64,000 nt of DNA from Salpingoeca rosetta. Lineage: Eukaryota > Protista > Choanoflagellata. Position 1 is the first letter of the stretch; the number at the start of each line of letters is the position of its first letter. The stretch covers positions 984,779 through 1,048,778 of the forward strand of contig JAWQFM010000001.1 in assembly GCA_033442325.1 (NCBI GenBank), given 5' to 3'. Under the pieces are notes generated by a model. It had not been told where the DNA came from. It worked only from the letters and a program-made list of their open reading frames with translations, and searched no databases. This document shows, one piece after another, positions 54,631 through 64,000 of the stretch. The translations under genes and the position numbers were made by a program.

Positions 54631-55625
54631 TCAGAACCGAACCACTTTGCGCGCGCCCTTGTTCGTGTTCTTTGCGGCGCGACGCTTGGCTGCCAGCTCC
54701 TCCTCGGAGACAAAGTGCGAGATGGGGAGACCCTGCACCGTGTTCTCCCGAACAACCAGCGCGTCGTCGGCATCGGCACTGCCCTGGTCCAAGCTGATCT
54801 CGTAGCGTGCGCGGCCCATCTGAAGGTTATCTGCGCGTGTGCAAGTGGGAACCACAGGGAAGCATTGGTCACCATTGAGACACACACAGAGAGAGAGAGA
54901 TAAGGGGTGGAGATGGCACTTGTAAAGACAACAAGAGGGGGAGTCGCAGCGCATTCACAGCTATCGCAGCACATACACACGACGAGCAATCGCAACACAC
55001 ACACGCACACACGCAGAATGCAAACCTTTCATGCGGCCTGGATCGGGCTCCTCGTCGTCCGCGATGATCAACTGTGTGCCTTTCACTTTGTGCTTGCTCT
55101 TCTTGGATGGGGCGGCATGCTTCTCAAGCAAGGTTTCTCGGATGTGCGCAGCCCTGCGCTTGCGCTCCTCCACCTCCCACCGGCTCTTTTTCTTGCTACT
55201 GCTCGAGCTCCCATGGCCTCGCTTGGACACGTCTTTCTCTTCTTCTTGCTGTTGCTGGTCCTGGTGTTGCTTCTTCTCGCGTTGGGCCTTCGCCTGGCTC
55301 CGCAACACATCGGCCCTCATAACCTCCCATGGTGTTGCATCCAGCTCCTGCTTGCGGATCTTCACCTTGCCGACCCTATGTGCGTGAGTGAGCGTGGGTG
55401 AGTGTGGGTGAGCGTGGGAGTAAGTTTGAGTGTGAGTGTGTGTGTGTGTGAGTGTGAGTGTGTGTGTGTGAGTGAGTGAGCTTGAGTGTGCGAGCGTGTG
55501 AGTGTGTGAGTGTGAGCGTGAGCACATGTGCATCTGTGCTTGCATCTGTGCTTGCATCTGTGCGAGTCGCACGCTCCAAGCAGGCAAGCCCGATCGCGAT
55601 TGCGCGCAACAACGCACCTGCCCAT
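54631..55625 (-). CDS. Small basic protein, ZCCHC9-like termini but no zinc knuckles
   Basis: Exons 55618-55625, 55026-55375, 54631-54831. Translation: MGRVGKVKIRKQELDATPWEVM..KKKSRWEVEERKRR..GSADADD..KGARKVVRF*. The gene model is well supported; the family call is motif-based. Confidence 0.6.
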
Positions 55626-55838
55626 CTTGGCCACCGCAAGTTTGGACGATTGTTGGAAAATATTCGCCTATTTTCAGCAACCTCGAGCACACACGTGGTG
55701 CTGTTGTCGCGGTCACACATCACACACATCCCTCTCGTGCTTGACTTTTTTGTGTGCTTGGTGCTGTGTGTGAGTGTCAAGTGGGGCCAGCCCAGCAGCT
55801 TAGCACAGATCACACGGCAGCAAGTAAGTGGCAACAGC
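55626..55838. promoter_or_regulatory. Putative bidirectional promoter ZCCHC9-like / MDN1 with E-box CACGTG at 55692-55697
   Basis: Divergent ATGs at 55625 (-) and 55839 (+); sequence acacgtggt; AT-rich patch at 55649-55680. Confidence 0.55.
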
Positions 55839-56132
55839 ATGGCAACAAAGGAAGAGCAAGTGGCTGCTGCCGCCGACCAGCAGCAGAATGAGGACCATGA
55901 ACATACCTGGGGCCTGCTCGATGTGGCCAAAGCTCTTGAGACCATGCAGGGCGTCTCTCAGATCTGCGATGACCACCTCGCTCCACTCTACACACAGCTT
56001 CAAAAGGTGTGCGCGGCGTTTGTATGTGTGTAGTTGTGTGTGTGTGTGTGTGTGTGCGAATGTGAGAATGTGCGAATGTGTGTGTGTGTGTGTGTGTGTG
56101 TGTCTGTCTATCTGTCTGTCTGTCTGTTTGTC

Positions 56133-56163
<31 letters not shown>

Positions 56164-58583
56164 CTCGTGTGCATTGCCGTCAGGTGCATTCCTGTGTACA
56201 CCGCCGTGGATGTACGTGCGTGCATTTTTTCCTCGCAGTCTTGTGCGCTGCAGGATGGCGTGCTTGTGATACGCACGGCATCCCTCTCTCTGCATTCAAC
56301 ACTCACGATCCATTCTGTTCCCTTCCCCCGTTCTTCACCACCTTCATCGATGCTGCAGGTGCATGCTGGCACTGCGGCAGCGGATGACTTCCGTGCAGAA
56401 GCGCTCCACAAAGCAGCACAGCTGCTGCTACACCCAGATGCGTTTCGCACTGTCGCGCGGTACTTCAGGCCAGTGCTCCTCGATCTCGTCTGCAGGTGAG
56501 GCGCTATGGCCCCGGAACATCTCTTCTTCACGTGATCTCGCTCAGAGTGCAGGCGAATTGATACCTGGCACGATGCGCCCGTGCTTTGTGTTGCTCTTGT
56601 TTTGTTTTTTTCGCTGTTTTCCGCTGACGCTCTTTGGTTCGCTGTACGTCTTTAGGTGCACGCGCCGCATTCAGGAAACACAAGGGCAACCAGAATGGCT
56701 TGAATCCCACGAGTGCCTCTCCTTCGCACTGGCACACCTCATCCCAACAGCACCGTACCTTCGAAGGTACGTATCCAAACGCAACGGCCGCTGAATGTCT
56801 TTGTTTGTATGTATGCCTGCGCTTGTGTGCGTGCGTGTTTGTACGCTTGTGCGCGTGTATGTGGGTGGATGCGAACGCTTCTCTATGCGTACGCTTCTGT
56901 ATGCGTACTCTTCCGTGTGCGCGTGTGTGTGTGTTTTGCACGATCGCAATGCTCCCCCCCCCCAATGTGTGCCCCTGCTTGCACGCCGTTGGTGCTCACT
57001 CATCCTGCATCGTCACTTATTACTGCTTTAATTGCTACCACATCAGCGTGACTGTGGAGTACTTTGCCGCCGTTCAGGCGCCGCCATTTGAGCGCTTGCG
57101 CCGCCAGCCCATCAACACTGTCACGGAAGCGCAGCTTGAGGTAACACAGTGCTCGGGTGCGAGCTCACCAGCCATGCACACACAAATGAGGCTAGGCTGT
57201 GCATGTGGTGCAACTTTGTTGTTCATCAACATCCAACAACACGTTGCTGAGACAGCGTGTTTGTTCAATCAGCGTTCTCGCCTCACACAGCCTGTGACTG
57301 CGCACATTTCTCCATCCACAGACGATGACGTGCGCAACACATCTCCTGCTCCTTCACAACCGCCGCGCACTGGCGGATATGTGGGACTGTACCCCTCTCC
57401 TCCCCCTCCTCCAACACACAAACAAGAACCTCGCTGTGTAAGTTTTGTTTGCTTTTGTGTGTTTCCCTGTGCTACGTGCTTGCTATGTGTCTGCCTCGTT
57501 TACACCTTGCGTCGTGACATTTTACACCTGCATGTTCGAGTGTGATATCGTCTGCTGCAATGATGATGGACTTGCCTTCCTCATGACAATTCGCTGTGTC
57601 TGTGCATGTGTGCTGTCGATGTGCTGTCCCTCCGGGTGCCTCCAGGCATGTCACTGCGATTCTTGGACTCGTGCACCACTTGCCGGGCGCAACCATTCTC
57701 GCTCTTGAAAGGTATTGTGCCAGCGCAGACATCCAACGCAGGGATTCACACACATGAATGTGCATGAGCATTACCCGCCTTTCCTCCCGTCTCCACAAGA
57801 TCAGCAGCAGCTCACAACGATGCACACACATGCCCACACACTCAACACCGCACGTCCACAAACGCACACCATGCAGGCGGCTTGGTGCGCAGGTGCACAG
57901 CAGTCACGTTGAGCTGGAGTGGCAGCGGGCAGAGGCAGCAGAGCAGCACACCATCGCCAGCGCCGCGCCGGCCATTCGCCCAGCCGCCTCTGCTAAAACA
58001 GAGGATCCCATCAACGTACGCGCTTGTGCTGCGACTCGCGTGCCTGTTGTGTTCTTTGAGTGAGCCATTCAGCTGAGCATCGCGTAACGTGCGTGCGCAC
58101 TCACGCTTTTGCTTTTCGACTGCTCTTATCCGTCCGTTTCCGCCCTGCTCTGCCGGTCTGTCTTCTTTGTTTCGGCAGGAGCGTATGCAGGCAACAGATG
58201 CGGACTTGAGCTCAGATGTCGTCAACATCAGCGGCATCCTCTTCGAAAAGGGTGCGGTGCTTGTTGCTTGTTCGTGCTTGTTGTTGTCGTGACCCATCAC
58301 CACCCTCCCTTCAGTAAGCACACACACACACACACACACAACCACCTCTTTCTCACTCACGCTGACATACGTACCCACACACACACACACACACACACGT
58401 AACCAATTTGGACCGTGATCTTCTTGGTACCGTACAACATAACCGCTAAATATTATCACCCAAGTATCATCGGTCCATAAAATTCACTGAAGACACCCTC
58501 CCTTCCGTACGCTTTGTGAGCTGTGATTCTAGCCTGTTTTAATTTCACGTCTCATAAATCTATCTGCCTAATCTTCCTTTGTT

Positions 58584-58652
<69 letters not shown>

Positions 58653-61558
58653 CTACCTCTTTCTCACTCACGCTGACATACGTACCCGCACACAAACCAC
58701 AACCACCAACAATTCGCTTCGTGCCCGTCCTTCAGGTCACCGCTTCGCATCATCACAATCATCGTCATCGGACGAAGAAATCTCTACCGCTGCTGCCGCT
58801 ACTGCTTCGGACATGTTTGTGCCGACAGCGTCAGCGCTGCGCAACCTGCGCTCCATTGCCGTTGCCCTCACCCTGCACATGCCCGTGCTGCTAACGGGGA
58901 GCACGGGCGCAGGCAAGACACTGCTTGTTGAGCACTTGGCGCGGCTAACAGGGCGGGTGGCGGCGGGCTCGCGGCTCATCAAGATCCAGATGGGCGACGA
59001 CACAGACAGCAAGGTACTCCTCGGCACATATGTGTGCACGGATATCCCGGGGCAGTTCCGCTACCAAGAAGGCATTCTGACGCAGGCGGTGCGGCAGGGC
59101 CTGTGGCTGCTGATTGAGGACATTGACCAGGCGCCACTGGACGTCATCTCCACGCTGCTGCCACTCGTGGAGAACAACACCCTCTTTGTGCCCGGCCGTG
59201 CCGAGACCATCCCCGCCCGCAGCGGCTTCCAGCTCTTCTGCACATACAGGAACACATCTGGCGGCAGCGCAGCAGGCACCGGCGCCAACTGGGGCATCAT
59301 CGCCGCGCACATGACGCAGGTGCGCGTGGAGGAGCCGTCGCCAGCGGAACTGCGCACTATCATCCGCACGCGCTTCCCCTCGCTCGTGGGCGTGCTTGAT
59401 GTCATGCTGTCCACCTACCAGCGGCTGCAGTCGCTCATGGGTGGCTCACGCAGGGCAGGGCGCCGCCGCCGCCAACACCACCTCAGCTTTGCTGATGCTT
59501 CCACCAACATTACGACAGGCCCATCATCTGCGTCATCATCACAGGTGCCCGAGCACGCGCTTGGGGCGAATGCTGCGGTGTCGCTGTCGCGTGCCAGCAA
59601 GAAGGCCGTGACGCCACGTGACATGATCAAGTGGTGCACGCGCATCAGCCAGCATGACCCGCTCACCCGCGAAGTCGTGTTCCTGGAGGCCGTGGACTGC
59701 TTCTGCGCCATGCTGCCGGAGCAGGGCGGGCGCAGCAGCCTCATCTACGCGCTGGGGCAAAGCCTGGACGTGGCCAAGGTGGAGGTTGAGCAGTTTCTCT
59801 CGTCGTACCGCCCGGGCATTGCCGAGGTCGAGACCTCGCTCTCCATCGGCCGCTGCAGTATTGACAAATACGATACGCAGAGCACTGGCGCTGCCCTCGT
59901 TCCCACGGGACACACGTACTCGTACGCGTTCACCAAGCCTGCGCTGCACCTGATGGAACGCTTGGCGGTGTGCATCAAGCTCAACGAGCCCGTGCTCCTT
60001 GTTGGCGAGACGGGTACGGGCAAGACAACGGCTGTGCAGAAGCTGGCCCGCAGCCTCTGCAAGCGCCTCGTCGTCATCAATATGTCTCAACAGAGCGATG
60101 TCGTCGACCTGCTGGGTACGAACTTGCTTTTGGTGTGTGCGCGTATTCATGCGTGTGTGAGCATTGCTGTGTGTTTGTGCGTGTATGTATGTGTGTGAGT
60201 ATTCGTGTGGTGCGTGCAACGCATGCTACCATGGAATTTGTGCGCGTTTGTATGCGCATACGCACAACAGCATGGCCTTCATGTGTGAGTATGTATTCTC
60301 AACCCTTTCTTTCCCTTTCCTTCCTCCTCCGCCGCAACCAACACTTGCACAGGTGGGTACAAGCCCGTGGATGTGCGTGTGCTGATTCAGCCGGCACTGG
60401 ACACGTTCCGCCAGCTCTTCTTCCAGACCTTTTCTCGCAAGCGAAACGCAGAGTTTATGGCACAGCTTGAGCGAAGTTTCGCGCGCAAGAAGTGGCGTGC
60501 ACTGCTCAAAGGCATGCAATCCGCTATGGTGAACGTGCGCAAGCGCATGGACACTGCGCGTGAGGAAGGCCCCGCCACCGATGATGCGTCTGCACGAAAC
60601 CTCATGAAGCCAGCGCTCATGTCGCAATGGGAGGAGTTTGATGCTGCTTTGGAACACCTCTGCATCCAAGTTGAACAGGCCGAGAACAGCTTTGCCTTTT
60701 CCTTTGTCGAAGGTGCGCACGCATGGTTTTGTGTGGGTGTGTGGGTGTGTGTGTGTGTGTGTGCGTGGCTTTGTGTGTGTGTGTGTGTTGTGTGTGTGTG
60801 TTGTGTGTGCGTGGCTTTGTGTGGGTGTGTGTGTGTGCGTGGGTTGTGCGTGCTTGTATCCGCGTGTGCTGCCTGAGCATGAATTGTTGTTCCTCACCAT
60901 GTGCAACAATTCCTCACCGACTCTTCCTCTCCATCTTCTGATTGTGTGTGCGTGCCGCACCAGGCACGCTGGTCAAGGCCCTGCAGCGCGGCGATTGGCT
61001 GCTGCTGGATGAGGTCAACCTCGCCTCGCCAGAAACCCTCGAGTGCTTGAACAGCCTCCTCGAGAACAGCGTATGTAGTGCGAAAAGAGAAGTGTGTGTG
61101 TGTGTGTGTGTTTTCTTCCGTTCGGGCGTCTGTGTATGTGTGTGTATGTGTGTGGATATATGTGTGTGTGTGTGCATCCATGTGCGTGTTTCCTCAACAG
61201 TTGTGTCGGACTGGGTATGTGTCCGGTTGATTTCTGCGCAGCTTCATGCTCACTGAATCCATGTGCGTCACCCTCCATCCCTCTTTCTCTCCACCTTCGA
61301 CCCTTCGCCTCGCCCGTGTACGTGTGTGTGTGTGTCTGTGTGTGTCTGTGTGTGTGTCTGTGTGTGTGTCTGTGTGTGTGTGTGTGTTCCAGGCTGGATC
61401 CCTTGTGCTGACAGAGCGTGGTGATCTGAAACCCGTGGAGCGCCATCCAGAGTTCCGCCTGTTTGCTTGCATGAACCCGGCAACAGACGTCGGCAAGCGC
61501 GATCTCTCCACTGGCCTACGAAACAGGTGCGTCAACTGCACACCAAACATGTGTTTGG

Positions 61559-61589
<31 letters not shown>

Positions 61590-61611
61590 TCCGCGCAACC
61601 CGCCCACACAC

Positions 61612-61680
<69 letters not shown>

Positions 61681-63646
61681 ACCTCATAACTCCCCCCGTC
61701 CTCATACCAACCACCCCTCCACAGGTTCACGGAGATTTTTGTGGACGAGAGCAATGATGAAGAGGACTTGACGGCAATTGTGGAGGCGTATCTTGCTGCG
61801 CTCTCCATTGACGACCAGTCCTTGTTTGCCAAGATTGTGCGCGTGTACCGCAGGGCGTGCGAGCTTGCCAAGACAGACCTCCGTGACGGGTCCAACATGC
61901 GACCCCACTTTAGCCTGCGTACGCTGTGCCGCGCCCTGATCCACGCCAGAGCGCTGGCGCCTGTGTACCCGCTGCACCGCGCTGTGTACGAGGGCGTGTG
62001 CATGAGTTTCCTGGCGCAGCTGAACCGGCGCTCGTACAACTCGATGAAGCACCTCATTGACTCCACCCTCCTCAAGAGCGACCGCGGAGACAAGCAGGTG
62101 AAGCGCTTGGCCATGCAACTGGAGCAGCTTCCCCCGCGCCCAAAGCACGCCAGCCACGTCTCGTACGGGTCGTACTGGCTGCCAACCGGCGACCAGGAGC
62201 CAACCCAGCCAGCCAACTACATTGTCACGCCAACCATCGAGCAGCAGCTGCGCGACGTCGTGCGCGTCGTTGCCTCGGGCAAGTTCCCCATCCTGCTGCA
62301 GGGCCCAACAAGCAGCGGCAAGACCAGCATGGTCAGCTACCTGGCGCAGCTGACCGGCCACAAGCTCGTGCGCATCAACAACCACGAGCACACCGATATC
62401 CAAGAGTACCTGGGCTCGTACATTGCAGACGAGCACGGGAAGCTTGCCTTCCAGCCGGGCGTGCTGGTGCAGGCCGTGCGACAGGGCCACTGGATTGTCC
62501 TTGACGAGCTCAACCTGGCGCCCACGGACGTGCTGGAGGCATTGAACCGCCTGCTCGACGACAACCGCGAGCTGTACATCCCGGAAACGCAGGAGACGGT
62601 GCGCGCGCACCCAAACTTCATGCTGTTTGCGACGCAGAACCCACCGGGTATGTACGGCGGACGCAAGGCGCTCTCGCGCGCGTTCCGCAACCGCTTTGTT
62701 GAGATCCACTTTAGTGAAATCCCGCACAAGGAGCTGGAGGAGATTCTCAGCAAGCGCTCGCACATCCCAAGCAGCCGCGCCAAGCTACTGGTGAAGATCA
62801 TGCACCAGCTCCAGAAGCGCAGGCAGGCCACAAACCTGTTTGCAGGCAAGGACGGCTTCATCACCCTGCGCGACCTCTTCCGATGGGCAGAGCGCTACCA
62901 GCGCACGCGGCCTGACTCTGGCAACGCGCAGCAGCTGGAGAGTGCACGGCGCATGGATGCACCCGCCAACCCGGACCTGAAGCGCGCCAAGCTGTCAACG
63001 CCCACCGCTGCGGGCGCCAAGGCAGCCGGTGCTGACGACAAGGTCACACGCGACTTTTACGACGACTTGCAGGTGCTGGCCAACGATGGCTACATGCTGC
63101 TGGCAGAGCGCGTACGTCGGGACGACGAGAAGCAAGTCGTGCGCGAGTGCATCGAGGGTGTTCTCAAGCGAACCGTGGACGTGAGCGCTCTGTACGAGTG
63201 CACGCACAGCCCACTGTTTGCCCGCGCACAGGCTGCACTGGCTGAGGCGCGCGATGACCCGGCCCACCCGCTGCACATGTTCCGCGACGTGGTGTGGACG
63301 CGTGGCATGAAGCGCCTCTTCTGCCTCGTGGAGCGCTGCCTGCAAGTCAACGAGCCTGTGCTGCTGGTGGGCGACACCGGCTGCGGCAAAACGACGGTGT
63401 GCCAGATCCTCACCACTCTGCTCGGCCAGCCGCTGCACATCATCAACTGCCATCAGAACACAGAGACATCCGACTTTCTCGGTGGTCTGCGGCCCGCACG
63501 CAAGGCCTCTTCCGAGGAAACCCAGTCAGATGCCCAGACCAACGCTGCTCAGGCCTCAGAGCAAGCATCCACAGCCTCCACGCAACAGCCGCAACAGCAG
63601 CAGGAGGATAAGGAACAGCAGGAGGAGAAGCAGGAGCAACAGCAGC

Positions 63647-63744
<98 letters not shown>

Positions 63745-63791
63745 CTACAACGACAACAACAACAGGAGCAACAACAACAACAACTACAACT

Positions 63792-63854
<63 letters not shown>

Positions 63855-64000
63855 GGAGCAACAACAGCAGGTGTCCACAGCCACGGACAAAGACGAGGTG
63901 ATGGTGATGATGAAGAAGAACAAGAAGATGAACAAAGGTGGCAAGCGCAAGGCTGGTGTCGCTGAATCTGATGCGGTAGCCACGGACGAGACAGCACCAG
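55839..64000 (+). CDS. MDN1: Midasin AAA+ ATPase (Rea1), 3' partial
   Basis: N-terminal [21 protein letters not shown]. Successive AAA Walker A motifs GSTGAGKT (58897), GETGTGKT (60004), GPTSSGKT (62302), GDTGCGKT (63370). Also [69 protein letters not shown]. The frame is open to the window end. Confidence 0.96.
63637..63870 (+). repeat. Coding (CAA)n polyglutamine tract (~75 residues) within MDN1 AAA4
   Basis: In frame after [11 protein letters not shown]; no stop or splice break evident. Confidence 0.85.

Noticed and set aside
58945-63453. Long antisense ORFs opposite MDN1 (e.g. 61702-62763, 59539-60219), and similar ones opposite the ROCO COR exon
   Set aside because: Expected shadow ORFs from GC3-rich codon usage; no recognisable motifs.

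Overview
Eukaryotic, gene-dense and intron-rich DNA in which almost every intron holds a (CA)n/(TG)n or similar microsatellite, with four 100-N scaffold gaps. The style (microsatellite introns, phosphotyrosine adaptor, flagellar genes, LRR-ROCO family) suggests a choanoflagellate such as Salpingoeca; this is an inference. Most entries in the ORF track are repeat artefacts, so I rebuilt gene models by hand from GT-AG boundaries and protein motifs. Twelve genes: a 5'-truncated PH-PTB-SH3 Dok/IRS-like adaptor (+); a 28-exon ~1979-aa LRR-Roc-COR-TIR-SAM protein (-); a divergent DDX19/Dbp5 helicase (-); TGFBRAP1/Vps3-like (-); RPB7 (+); IFT56/TTC26 (-); a polyQ/NDK-like DNAAF8 candidate (-); RGP1 (+); LAS1 (-); SGF11 (+); a ZCCHC9-like protein lacking zinc knuckles (-); and 3'-truncated midasin MDN1 (+). 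The best candidate for an undescribed system is the ROCO gene. It has three capped LRR modules built from 14 exact 84-nt phase-2 exons, feeding a Roc-COR switch, a TIR domain retaining the putative catalytic Glu, and a terminal SAM domain: a possible innate-immune receptor/NADase. Family assignments rest on recalled motifs, not database searches.
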